A program made the position numbers and the translations under genes. The notes under the pieces were generated by a model. It was not told where the DNA came from, did no database searches, and saw nothing but the letters and a program-made list of their open reading frames with translations. 64,000 nt of DNA, from NCBI GenBank assembly GCA_965215235.1, contig OZ244053.1, forward strand, positions 5,063,879 through 5,127,878. Direction: 5' to 3'. Position 1 is the stretch's first letter. Each line of letters begins with the position of its first letter. Positions 1 through 9,766 of this stretch are shown here, one piece after another. The stretch comes from Terriglobia bacterium. GTDB taxonomy: Bacteria > Acidobacteriota > Terriglobia > Versatilivoradales > Versatilivoraceae.

Positions 1-292
1 CGTCGATGTTCACTATGGCGAGTTCCGCGATAGCGCCACCGAGAAGGTATCCCGTCAAAACGGTCTGGCGTTTCGTGGCGCCGGTGACGACCTCGTACTG
101 CTCGAAAGTGAATTGCGCGGCGGCGGACGGCATCGGCTCGACCTCTTCGCCGAGCATCCCCGAGCATCCCGATAGGAATACTCCACAAACCAGTATGGAG
201 AACAGGCTTCGTCGATAATGCCTCGTGCGATCGGTTGCCGAGCCAGGTTTTGCGGAAATCCAGCCTCTGTGGGATTGGTTTCGCTTTCTCAT
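1..292 (-). CDS. Putative lipoprotein, 5' part (runs off window start)
   Basis: Hand-translated, not in the ORF track. ATG at 292 preceded by AAGGA; MRKRNQ...YRRSLFSILVCGVFLSGCSGMLGEE... with lipobox LSGC; open to position 1. Confidence 0.7.
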   Translation of the reverse strand, partial: MRKRNQSHRGWISAKPGSATDRTRHYRRSLFSILVCGVFLSGCSGMLGEEVEPMPSAAAQFTFEQYEVVTGATKRQTVLTGYLLGGAIAELAIVNID

Positions 293-317
293 TTTTATTT
301 TCCTTGTTGTAAGTCGA

Positions 318-972
318 TAGGCTGTGCGCCACTCCCGTCTGTGCATCTGCCCCAATGGGCACTTCCATCCCAAAGGACCACGGCTTCCCCTTCTTCCTCT
401 GGCGCCTCTCCGGGTCTCGCTTTCCCGCCTGATTCTTCCTCGACGACGGCGCCTCAATGAGACTGGCATCCACCATCGTCCCCTCCTGAAGCCGCAACCC
501 CTGCCTCTTCAGATGACGGTTGATCTCCGCAAACAATCCCTCCCCCAACTCGTGCTTCTCCAACAGATGGCGGAAGTTCAGGATCGTGGTCTCGTCCGGC
601 AGCGCCTCCGTCAGCCTCAAGCCCACCAACCGTCTCACCGACTCCACCTCGTAGAGCAGGTCCTCCATTCCGGGATCACTCAGGTTGTAGAACAGTTGCA
701 CGCAGTGGATCCGCAGCATGGCCGACAACTCACAGGGCCGGCGCCCCCGGCCCGCCTTGGGATAGAAGGGTCGGAGGCGGGCCTCCAACTCTTCCCGGGG
801 AATCAGACCTTCCATCCTCTCCAGAAAGATCTCCCGGCGGGTCTTGCGCTTCCTGCCTTCGTGTTCCAGGTCTGCAAAGGTTGGCTGCCTCATGGCTCTT
901 CTTTCCCCCCTCATCTCGGTTTACTTCCCTGTGTTACCGTCCTGCAATCTGCGGATTTATTCAGAGGGTTCC
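318..972 (-). mobile_element. Truncated IS5-family insertion sequence (left end plus N-terminal ~190 aa of transposase)
   Basis: Minus-strand frame from ATG 893: MRQPTFADLEHEGRKRKTRREIFL...YNLSDPGMEDLLYE...PDETTILNFRHLLEKH...GTMVDASLIEAPSS...RDPE...KKGKPWSFGM...GADAQTGVAHS, the classic IS5 pattern. Homology stops near 318. Terminal-IR-like GGAACCCTCTGAATAA at 972-957; no right end seen. Confidence 0.85.
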
Positions 973-1120
973 TCTGTCCTGTGGGGAGACATAGGGGTTG
1001 TGATACGGGAGGTGCCTGATTTTCCCCTCGCGGCAACGATCAAGGCACAACTCGCTATAGCAAACGACCTGACTCGAATCCTCACTGCATCTCCCGGGTC
1101 CAGGTCGCTACAAGACCTCG

Positions 1121-1453
1121 TTATGCGGGATTTATACACCCAAACCATGAGATCAGATCGATGCCGTCTCGTGCGGCTTCCCTGGCATTCGAGATGCAAA
1201 CTGGAGGGTCAGGATGTTCTTTTTCGCATTTCTTTACTGCCTCGCGATAGGCATCGTGGACATTTTTTACGTCCATGAGAAATACGGATGCATGTGTCCC
1301 GTCTACTATCCTGAAGGTTTCTTCATACGCATCGCTGCACGTCGTATCACTTTGACCGTGCAAGACTGGCTGAAACGGAACCAACACAACACACACAGCA
1401 ACACCCACCACCAGAATTGGCTTGATCACCGAGTGCCCCTCGGAAGTTCTCAA
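1121..1453 (-). CDS. Small secreted Cys-containing hypothetical protein
   Basis: 110-aa ORF with signal-peptide-like KPILVVGVAVCVVLVPFQPVLHG and 4 further Cys. Confidence 0.55.
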   Translation of the reverse strand: MRTSEGHSVIKPILVVGVAVCVVLVPFQPVLHGQSDTTCSDAYEETFRIVDGTHASVFLMDVKNVHDAYREAVKKCEKEHPDPPVCISNAREAARDGIDLISWFGCINPA

Positions 1454-1476
1454 TGGCTTGAATGGATTTCACACTG

Positions 1477-1819
1477 TTAGCCCACTGCGCCAACCGAAGC
1501 GGTGTTACGCCGGCATGGTTGGGCTGCAGTCGTCGTGTCGTTGATCAAACTACGGATCAACTTATAGGTAACGTCGACGTCCCCAACCGGCCCCACTTCC
1601 TCATCCTCGGTCCCCGGTCCTTCCGGTGTCGTTTCCTCTGGCGCCGGCGCGCCGGCTGTTGTCGGATCATTGACGTTACCACCAGGCTCCGGCGTGTCAC
1701 TTTCTCTAGGCCTCGAACCCGGTTCTTGCACCAGCATGGTGTAGGATACACCAAACACCGTCAGCCCGACCGCCGGGCAAACCAGCGCGAAAGTCAGTTT
1801 TTTTTGCCAAGAGCCTCAT
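1477..1819 (-). pseudogene. Exported Pro/Glu-rich protein frameshifted in an A8 run
   Basis: AAGGAGG RBS then ATG 1819. Removing one A from the run (T8 at 1798-1805 on + strand) gives MRLLAKKLTFALVCPAVGLTVFGVSYTMLVQEPG..., in frame with the 93-aa ORF. Confidence 0.55.
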
Positions 1820-1939
1820 CGGATTCCTCCTTCATCAACCGTTATGAAGCTCACTTTGTTAGGATTGAGATAACCATAGCAAATGCAGATGGAGATAAGG
1901 TAGCGGCCTGCGCCAGCTTTTTGTATAAAGAGGCAGACT

Positions 1940-4060
1940 ATGGATTCTTTCAACGTTGTCAGGAGGCTCCTGCCTGGACGAATCGCCACTGTGGCCGGTG
2001 TCGGCTATGAGGATGGTATTCCGGCCAAGGAAGCCGATGCCGGTTGGCCAATGGGTGTGGTGCGCCGCGCCGATGAGGATCTGATCGTGGTGGACTACCA
2101 TGCCCACCGGCTTTGGAGGATTGATCGGCGGGGGATTCTGCACGGCTTCGCAGGTGACGGCGTGGCTGGCAGCGCGGGTGATGGTGGTCCGGCCCTGGAG
2201 GCGCGCATGCGCAATCCTCACGATCTGTGCCAGGATCGGGAAGGGAACCTCTACTTCACCGACTTGGGAAATTTTACCATCCGCCGGATTGACGGCAAGA
2301 CCGGCATCATCACCCGAGTGGCGGGCTCCGGTCGGAGGGGGCGGGGCGGCGATGGCGGCCCGGCCCTCGAAGCCGAGTTCGATTGCCCCTGCGGCTTGGC
2401 GGTCGATGAGTGGGGTCGGGTTTACATCTCCGACGAATGGGCCTGCAATATCCGTCGCGTCGATCCCAACAGTGGCGCCATCGAGGTCTGGGCAGGTCTG
2501 AGTGCGCGCCACTACCCCTCCGAGCAGGGCCGCCGCCCCTTTTTTGGTTCGGGGCTGAGTCTTATGGGTTTTCACGGTGACGGGGGTCCGGCCGATCAAG
2601 CGGCGTTCTATCATCCCGAGCATCTCTCTTTTGATTCGAAGGGTGATCTCTATGTATGCGACAACTCCAATGACCGCATCCGGAAAATCAGCAGGACGAC
2701 GGGTGTAATCACGACTGTGCTGGGTAACGGTCAACGTGCCTCCAACGGAGATGGTGGATTGGCTGTCGAGGCCAGCACTCTCATGCCGGACGCCATCTGT
2801 TTGGACGTTCACGACAACCTTTATGTCGGTGAGAAATACGGGTTTCGGGTGCGGAAAGTGGAAGCCGCCACCGGCATGGTCACCACCCTGGTGGGTACGG
2901 GGGTGCCCGGCTTCGGACAGGAGGGGTTACACGGTTCGGTTACGGAATGCAACTCCTGCGAAGCGGCCCTATTTGCCGATCCCGACGGCACCGTGCACTG
3001 GGGAGATTGTTCAGGGCGACTGAGACGTTACGACGGACGGACCGGAATCGTTACCACAACCTTCGGAGGCGCCAGCGTGCACGACGGGACGGAGGCCACC
3101 GCAGCTTTTCTCTGCGGCCCTGGTGGTTTATCTCTAGGGCCGAACCGGCAGCTCTATGTCGCGGACGTTTGGAACCAACGCATCCGCGCCATTGACCTGG
3201 AGACTGGAATTATCCGCACGGTCGCTGGGAACGGCGCCCGCGCCTACGGTGGCGACAACGGGCCGGCCACCGAGGCTTACCTCGGTAATCCCCATGACGT
3301 GTCGGTAGACTCCCTGGGTCGAGTGGTCATTGCAGACACCCGGCACGGTCACGTGCGCCGGGTGGAAAGAGATGGCGCCATCCGAGGATTGGCAGGCGCT
3401 GCTTTTCAATGGGATAAAGGCGACGGTGGCCCCGCCCACTGCGCCTGCCTGGTTTTCGTGATAGCGGTCGCTCACGACTCCCAAGATAATATCTATATCG
3501 GCGATGCCGGCGTAGGCCGAATCCGCAGAATCGATCAATCCACCGGCATCATCGACACCGTGGCCGGTTGCGGCCTTCTTGGTTACAGTGGCGACGGTGG
3601 ACCCGCCCGGCAGGCAAGGATCGGTGCGCCCTCGGCCATCCGTTTCGACGTCCGGGGAAACCTCTATTTCACCGATGCCACCTACCACGTGGTCCGTCGG
3701 GTAGACCCCGAGGGGCAGATCACCACTGTGGCGGGCAGTGGTAAGGAGGGGTTTTCTCCTGATGGCGTCCTGGCCTTGAAGGCGCGCATCCATACTCCCT
3801 ACGGCCTGGCTATTGCCCCTGACGGCGCCATTTATTTCTCAGATCTGCGCAACCACCGCGTGCGTCGTATCAACGGCAGCGGCCGCTTGGAGACGGTGGC
3901 CGGCAGCGGAGTCGCCGGCGACTCCGGAGATGGAGGGTCGGCGCTGGCCTCACGCCTCAACGAACCCCATGGGCTTTGTCTCTATGGGGAGGACGTCTTG
4001 TTCATCAGCGACCACTACAACAATCGCATCAGAGCCGTGAGGCTTCCCGCCAAGAGTTGA
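1940..4060 (+). CDS. NHL-repeat beta-propeller protein
   Basis: Many tandem GDGGPA..A.L..P..L..D..GNLY..D..N.RIRR.D..TG.ITTVAG repeats. Confidence 0.9.
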   Translation: MDSFNVVRRLLPGRIATVAGVGYEDGIPAKEADAGWPMGVVRRADEDLIVVDYHAHRLWRIDRRGILHGFAGDGVAGSAGDGGPALEARMRNPHDLCQDREGNLYFTDLGNFTIRRIDGKTGIITRVAGSGRRGRGGDGGPALEAEFDCPCGLAVDEWGRVYISDEWACNIRRVDPNSGAIEVWAGLSARHYPSEQGRRPFFGSGLSLMGFHGDGGPADQAAFYHPEHLSFDSKGDLYVCDNSNDRIRKISRTTGVITTVLGNGQRASNGDGGLAVEASTLMPDAICLDVHDNLYVGEKYGFRVRKVEAATGMVTTLVGTGVPGFGQEGLHGSVTECNSCEAALFADPDGTVHWGDCSGRLRRYDGRTGIVTTTFGGASVHDGTEATAAFLCGPGGLSLGPNRQLYVADVWNQRIRAIDLETGIIRTVAGNGARAYGGDNGPATEAYLGNPHDVSVDSLGRVVIADTRHGHVRRVERDGAIRGLAGAAFQWDKGDGGPAHCACLVFVIAVAHDSQDNIYIGDAGVGRIRRIDQSTGIIDTVAGCGLLGYSGDGGPARQARIGAPSAIRFDVRGNLYFTDATYHVVRRVDPEGQITTVAGSGKEGFSPDGVLALKARIHTPYGLAIAPDGAIYFSDLRNHRVRRINGSGRLETVAGSGVAGDSGDGGSALASRLNEPHGLCLYGEDVLFISDHYNNRIRAVRLPAKS

Positions 4061-4119
4061 CGCATTTGACCCCCAGCCGCTGACCACTAGCCATTGATTC
4101 GATTTGAATCACGGATGTC

Positions 4120-5982
4120 CTATTTCGAGTCCCAGAGCGGAACCAGCTTGGGTTGGTTGGCGTAGCGTTTCATCTTGAAGACCATCCGACTGCCGCATCC
4201 CGGCTCCAGCCGGAACGTGACCGATGGCCGATCGATGGAAATGGTCTCCCGGTTGAGGGTCACTGCCTGGAACTGGTGCTCGCCGTAGGCCCCTGCCTGG
4301 ACAATCACGGTGCGGGGATGAATCGGGTTGGTGTTCACCAGGGTCAGCGTCAAGGAACCTCCAGTCAGCCTTTCGACCAGTGCCGCAACGTCCTGCGGGA
4401 GGCCGGAACGCCGCTTCTCCGGATCGAAGTAGCGAACGCGGGTGTGAAGGGTCCAGATCCTGCCGGCCAGATGACCGCCAAGCATCAGGTTGACCAGAGT
4501 ACCGGTCTTGGCTGGATTGAAATCCAAAAGCCAATCCGCCAGACGGGTCTCGGGTGTCGTCGGATCGTTCTTCATCGCCTGCATGGTGCTTCGAAGGCTC
4601 TCGAAATCTGCTTGGAGGGCTCTTTCCGGGTAACCCGGGTTCCGGCCTTCCAGGTAGGCAATCCATCCGGTTCGGGGGAGACGCTGCAAATCCTCGCGAT
4701 CCATCGACCAAAGGTAAATCTCGGTCAGGCGATCGACGAACAGGTTGGTTGTCCAGTGGTACCAACGTTCCTGTCCGGTGAATTTGTGTCCGCGAGGGTC
4801 CCCATACATCTGGGGAATCATGACCTGACCATTGATGACCTTCTTCTGCGCGTACAGATTGTCCATTTGGTGGCGCAGGGTGTCGATGTAACCCGGATCA
4901 CCGGTTAACAGGAAGGCGTTGCCGAAGCCCGGCCACATTCCGGCCGAAAATGTGTTCCGATGGGCAATCTCTTCAATCTCCCCATCAAAGATCGTGAAGT
5001 TCCACCCATAGGTTCCCTTGTACCATTTCCCACCGTATTCGCCGCCGATTGCGCCATCCAGACCGATGTTGGTGGGAATGTTGCTCCCGTTGGCCTCGGT
5101 CCTCTCTTTCCAGGCATCCACGTATTCCAGGACCCACTCCCGGTATTTCGGCTCTTGGCTGAGCATATAAGCGTTGAGGGCCAGATTGGTGGACGCCAGG
5201 TTCAGCGGATGGTCTCCAACACTGTCGAGATATTCGTCGCAGTGGGCCAGCATTTTGGGGTAAACCTTCTCTAAATCCAGCATCTCCTTGCGGCCGGCCG
5301 GACTGTGGAGGAGATGAAAACGACCAGGGACCGGATCTCCGACCCAATCGTAGGTCGTGGCCTTGCGGAGCATGGAGCCTTTGCTGCCGGTCCACAGGCT
5401 GCGGATGATCTTGTGCTCGGGGTCGTAGTTGGGGGCCTCGGGATCTTCATTCATGTAGAGTCCGGCGAAGCGTTTCATGCGCTCCAGCAATCGCGGTGAT
5501 TCCGGCTCGGAGAGACCCAGGAACATGAATCCCCTCATTCCTTCGCCGGTATGAAACCAGTCGGACATGGTGATGAATTCGCGGTAGTAAGCTCCATCCC
5601 GGGCCAGGTCGGTCTGGGTGGTTCGTAGCTGGCTGTATTGCTGCAGATGCCCCTCCAGAGCTTTCTTGAACAGTTCGAGAACGGAATCCGAGGCCCCCAA
5701 GGCATGGAGAAGGGTCCAGTTGTGAAAGGTCTCGATCGCGTCGTCGGGCCCATCCAGAGTCCCCCAGCGGGGAGTATGAAGGAGGTAGCCCCGCTCATCC
5801 AGGTACTTGGAAGCAAACCGCTTGCAGGCTTCCGAGTTGAGACGCAGCAACTCGCGCTCCATCAGAGCCCAGGCCGGAGGCGGCATGGGTTGGTTCAGCA
5901 CCACGGTGGGATTCTCGGCAGCCATGGGTTGCCCGGCGATCAGCCAAGCCAGAACGAAGGCGGAGAAAAAGCGAAGAACCAT
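4120..5982 (-). CDS. Secreted conserved hypothetical protein (possible alpha/alpha-barrel enzyme)
   Basis: Long ORF; probable start MVLRFFSAFVLAWLIAGQPMAA (signal peptide); acidic motifs WGTLDGPDDAIE and DWFHTGEG. Confidence 0.75.
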   Translation of the reverse strand: MVLRFFSAFVLAWLIAGQPMAAENPTVVLNQPMPPPAWALMERELLRLNSEACKRFASKYLDERGYLLHTPRWGTLDGPDDAIETFHNWTLLHALGASDSVLELFKKALEGHLQQYSQLRTTQTDLARDGAYYREFITMSDWFHTGEGMRGFMFLGLSEPESPRLLERMKRFAGLYMNEDPEAPNYDPEHKIIRSLWTGSKGSMLRKATTYDWVGDPVPGRFHLLHSPAGRKEMLDLEKVYPKMLAHCDEYLDSVGDHPLNLASTNLALNAYMLSQEPKYREWVLEYVDAWKERTEANGSNIPTNIGLDGAIGGEYGGKWYKGTYGWNFTIFDGEIEEIAHRNTFSAGMWPGFGNAFLLTGDPGYIDTLRHQMDNLYAQKKVINGQVMIPQMYGDPRGHKFTGQERWYHWTTNLFVDRLTEIYLWSMDREDLQRLPRTGWIAYLEGRNPGYPERALQADFESLRSTMQAMKNDPTTPETRLADWLLDFNPAKTGTLVNLMLGGHLAGRIWTLHTRVRYFDPEKRRSGLPQDVAALVERLTGGSLTLTLVNTNPIHPRTVIVQAGAYGEHQFQAVTLNRETISIDRPSVTFRLEPGCGSRMVFKMKRYANQPKLVPLWDSK

Positions 5983-6148
5983 GGGAGACCTGCGGGATCG
6001 GGGCCTGCCGAATGCCAAGCTTTGTATTGTCCTATAGAATAGTTTCTTCAGCCAGGATAAGTTCGCCCGCTGAACGGGCGCGGCTGAGATTTCAGGTCTC
6101 TGGCGGCTGAAGAACGCAGGGCTCGCACGCCATAGAGTCATCCCGGAG

Positions 6149-8317
6149 ATGAAAACGGATCCAGGATTGTCCCGGTCGCTTGTTGATGCCCCCATGGTAG
6201 AAACCAAGTCCAACCATCTCGGTAAGGTCTGCTGCAGTTTGCGCGGTCAGGTGGTCGCCGGCAGTTACCAGACCTGCTGCCTGACTTACACGGCGGGGTT
6301 CTCCGGAATTGACGACACCGGCTCGATCAAAGTGGTGATGCGCTACGCTACCGATTGTGGCGTCCCACAGTTCGATCAGCCCGAAGCCCCTAACTACACT
6401 ACGGCCCGGGCCTCCAACGGAGCTCGTCTGCAGTTGCGCTACGACCCCAAAGACAACGTCCGGCCCTGGGGCAAGACTCTTTACCTGAAAATCGTGCAGG
6501 GATTCCTGCGCCGCGGCGATCAGATCCACTTGACTCTGGGGGATCGCAGTTGCGGCTCCGACGGGTGGCGAATTCAGACCTTCCTGGAAAGAACCTTTGA
6601 GTTGAGGGTGCTGGTGGATCGCTTTGCTACCTACACCTATGAAGCCTTGCCAGACTCTCCCACTTTCCGCATTGTGGCAGGCGGGCCAGTTCGCCTGGTA
6701 GCCGTCGCTCCGACTTTGGTTCTCGTAGGCGAGCCAATCGTCGTCCGAAGCAAGCTGGAGGATCGTTGGGGCAATCCGGTTGGGCTTCCCCGGAAAAAAA
6801 GATTCCCGGCTTTTAGAGAACCCGGACAGTACACCCTATCTGTGAAAGATGCCAAAACCGGGTTGGTCGGACAGACCAATCCCATTCTGGTCAGTCGAGA
6901 GGAACGATATGGAAGATTTTGGGGGGACCTCCATGGCCAGAGTGAGGAAACGATCGGCACCAATACCATCCGGGACTACTTTCGCTTCGCTCGCGACTTT
7001 GGCTTTTTAGACATCTGCGCCCACCAAGGCAATGACTTTCAGATCAGCGATGTCTTCTGGAAAAAGATCCAGGCAACGACCAGGAAATTCTATGAACCTG
7101 GACGCCTGGTGACCTTTCCCGGTTGGGAATGGAGCGGCAATACCGGTCTGGGCGGCGATCGCAATGTGTGGTTCAGGGAAGAAGGAGGCCCGATCGGTCG
7201 CAGTTCCCACGCCCTCCTTTCGCCTCGCGAGGCCCGCGGGTCCTGTTGCGAAACCGTTGAGGAGCTGTTTGACCGTTTGCGGGACTGTGGGCGTGAGGTG
7301 ATGATGATTCCCCACGTCGGCGGTCGCTATGCCGACTTGAGCCGCCATGATCCGAACCTGGAATGGGCGGTGGAGGTCCATTCGGCCTGGGGGACCTTTG
7401 AATGGATGTTAGCGGAGGCCTTTGCCCGGGGTCATCGCCTGGCGATTGTTGCCAATTCCGACGGACACAAGGGTCGCCCCGGAGCCAGCTATCCGGGAGG
7501 CAGCACCTTCGGCAGCTACGGAGGACTCACCTGTGTGTTGGCCAAGCGTCTGACCCGAAAGAGTGTCTGGGAAGCCTTTCGGGCTAGGCGGGTCTACGCG
7601 ACAACCGGTGCTCGCGTCTACTTGGATTTTGAAACCGAGGACGGGATTCCAATGGGCGGACTCCTCACCACTCGGTCTCGGTCGGGTCCCGGCTTCCGCA
7701 TCAGGGTCTGTGGCACTGCTCCCATTGAGCGAGTGGAGGTTCGCAACGGAATGCGTGTCGTGAAGTGTTTCCGCACATACACCTCGGCAGATCTTTCCCA
7801 TCGACTCAAACTTCTCTGGGAGGGGGCGGAGGTGCGGGGGAGAGGTCGCCAGGTCAACTGGAACGGGTCTCTGACTGTGGGGGACAATCGGATTCGCCGG
7901 GTGACGGCTCTCAATTTTCACAATCCCGATCTGCCTTTCCGACAGGCCGGCCCGACTCAGCTCCGCTGGGAGTCAAAAACCACCGGCGGGGCGGCAGGCC
8001 TGATCCTGGAGATGGCTCGGGCAGCGGCCGGCCGGATCAGGGTGGAAACCAACCAGGCAAGTTTTCACTTACCCCTCCAGGCAGTGAGACTCAAAGGAAA
8101 GATCTATCGTCTGGGCGGTGTGGACAAGCGTATTTCTCTGTACCGCCTGCCACCAGCCGGCGGACCGACCCACTGTGAATTCACCTTCAAGCTTCCGGCA
8201 AGATACTGCTTCGAAGGCGACAATCCGATCTACGTGAAAGTCGTTCAGGAAGACGGACACATGGCTTGGTCGAGTCCGATCTATGTGGTGAGGCCCGAGG
8301 GCGCCTGGAGTGAGTGA
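6149..8317 (+). CDS. DUF3604 / PHP-like metallohydrolase domain protein
   Basis: WGDLHGQSEETIG, GWEWSG, HVGG, EVHSAWG, NSDGHKGRPG, RRVYATTG motifs. Confidence 0.8.
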   Translation: MKTDPGLSRSLVDAPMVETKSNHLGKVCCSLRGQVVAGSYQTCCLTYTAGFSGIDDTGSIKVVMRYATDCGVPQFDQPEAPNYTTARASNGARLQLRYDPKDNVRPWGKTLYLKIVQGFLRRGDQIHLTLGDRSCGSDGWRIQTFLERTFELRVLVDRFATYTYEALPDSPTFRIVAGGPVRLVAVAPTLVLVGEPIVVRSKLEDRWGNPVGLPRKKRFPAFREPGQYTLSVKDAKTGLVGQTNPILVSREERYGRFWGDLHGQSEETIGTNTIRDYFRFARDFGFLDICAHQGNDFQISDVFWKKIQATTRKFYEPGRLVTFPGWEWSGNTGLGGDRNVWFREEGGPIGRSSHALLSPREARGSCCETVEELFDRLRDCGREVMMIPHVGGRYADLSRHDPNLEWAVEVHSAWGTFEWMLAEAFARGHRLAIVANSDGHKGRPGASYPGGSTFGSYGGLTCVLAKRLTRKSVWEAFRARRVYATTGARVYLDFETEDGIPMGGLLTTRSRSGPGFRIRVCGTAPIERVEVRNGMRVVKCFRTYTSADLSHRLKLLWEGAEVRGRGRQVNWNGSLTVGDNRIRRVTALNFHNPDLPFRQAGPTQLRWESKTTGGAAGLILEMARAAAGRIRVETNQASFHLPLQAVRLKGKIYRLGGVDKRISLYRLPPAGGPTHCEFTFKLPARYCFEGDNPIYVKVVQEDGHMAWSSPIYVVRPEGAWSE

Positions 8318-8509
8318 GGAATGCTGAGGTGGTCATAGGACCATCTATGGTGAATCCTGCTCAGTCGAGCTTGGCAGGGTAAGTTGCTGCCCCCACATTC
8401 GCGGCTGGGAGGTTAGTGGACCTCCCAACGTACCCTTGTGCTGTCCTACGGAACAGTCGCCGCCGTTCGAGGTCCGCTGTGCAGACGATGGCCGCGCGTC
8501 AGGAGCGTC

Positions 8510-9439
8510 TTAGAAGAAGTATTTCAAGACCAGGCTGACGCCGAGAAATCCGGTATTGGCAGTTCTCTCCTGGTAATTTATCGGCTCGCTGCCGTCGAAT
8601 CTCAAGTTGGGGACGTGGCTCCGGAGTTGATCCCACTCCCCCCCGCCGTTGAAGTCCCCGAAGTCAACCCAGCGTCCCTTCACACCCAGCGTGACCGATT
8701 CCGTGAGCGTGAAGTCTCCGCCAAAGAGCACCTGCCAGCCGAAGATGGTGTCGCTGAGCTCGGTCTGTTCGCTGGTCGTCGATCCGGCAAGCCTCTCTCG
8801 GAACTGTTCATAGTCGGGAATGCTCTCGTTCTGCCCCGATGTGATCCTGCGCGGATCGAGATTTCTCGCCCACACACTCCCCCAGTCCAATTCGTGGAAG
8901 CCGACCCCGGCGCCGGCGCCGACGTAGGGCGTGAACCGGCTCTCGTTGGGGAAATCGAAATACATGTTTGCGAAGAGGTTATGGGACGACAGGTCGCCGA
9001 TGCGTTCCTCCGCCCGCACGATCTCCCCTTCCAGCTTGGCAAAACTCACTCCACCTGAACTGCCGATCGGAGCCGTCTGGTCGTATTCCGCGGCCCGAAA
9101 GAGGTACTCTCCCTCGACACGGAACCGCCGTGAAAACCGATAGCCGGCCGCCTCTTCGGCGAGGACGCCCCTCGTGCTGTCATGATCGGTGAACCACGTG
9201 TCCCCGACGTGATTGGGTGCAGTACATTCCGGAATCAGCCCGTATTGTGGATTGAAGTACTCGTCGCAGTAGCTGGGCCGGTCATTGTCATTGCCGGCAA
9301 GCCTTAATTGCGGCGCGAAGTGGATGCCCAGACCACTGCTCAGGTAGGCTTGCGCCCAAGTCGTTCCGGCGCCAATACCGACAAATGCGAACAACAGGCT
9401 ACCTGAACGGAGAAGCGCTTGTGTGCGAGACCTCATCAT
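8510..9439 (-). CDS. Outer-membrane beta-barrel protein (opacity/OmpA-like)
   Basis: Signal peptide; GYRF..FRVEGEY, NMYFDF, FTPYVGAGAG; C-terminal LKYFF. Confidence 0.8.
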   Translation of the reverse strand: MMRSRTQALLRSGSLLFAFVGIGAGTTWAQAYLSSGLGIHFAPQLRLAGNDNDRPSYCDEYFNPQYGLIPECTAPNHVGDTWFTDHDSTRGVLAEEAAGYRFSRRFRVEGEYLFRAAEYDQTAPIGSSGGVSFAKLEGEIVRAEERIGDLSSHNLFANMYFDFPNESRFTPYVGAGAGVGFHELDWGSVWARNLDPRRITSGQNESIPDYEQFRERLAGSTTSEQTELSDTIFGWQVLFGGDFTLTESVTLGVKGRWVDFGDFNGGGEWDQLRSHVPNLRFDGSEPINYQERTANTGFLGVSLVLKYFF

Positions 9440-9766
9440 GTTACGTGAAAGTCCTTTCGATTGTGCGAATTGCCTGCTTGGCCACTCCTGAATACGGGAT
9501 CATCATCTTCACTACGGCGCCAAGCTTCACTGTAGCACAATTCAACCGGTTCGGCTTAACGATCCGGCAGGCCGAAGCGGAGTCCTGCCCAACCCGAATC
9601 TTCCGCAAAGATCATAGAGCGCTGTGCTTGCTACAGGGGCCGACTATGGGTCCAGGGCAATCTCGGCGCCGCTTGCGGCTTGCTAGAAGGGTGGACGGCT
9701 GATAAAGTTCGGGCTGCTCGCGCGGATTCGGTAGCTGATGAACACTGAGGGAGTCTGGGCCTACCC

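Noticed and set aside
150-171. Tandem CGAGCATCCC x2
   Set aside because: Only two copies inside an open coding frame; no sign of a contingency locus
324-1019. 231-aa plus-strand ORF
   Set aside because: Antisense shadow of the IS5 transposase
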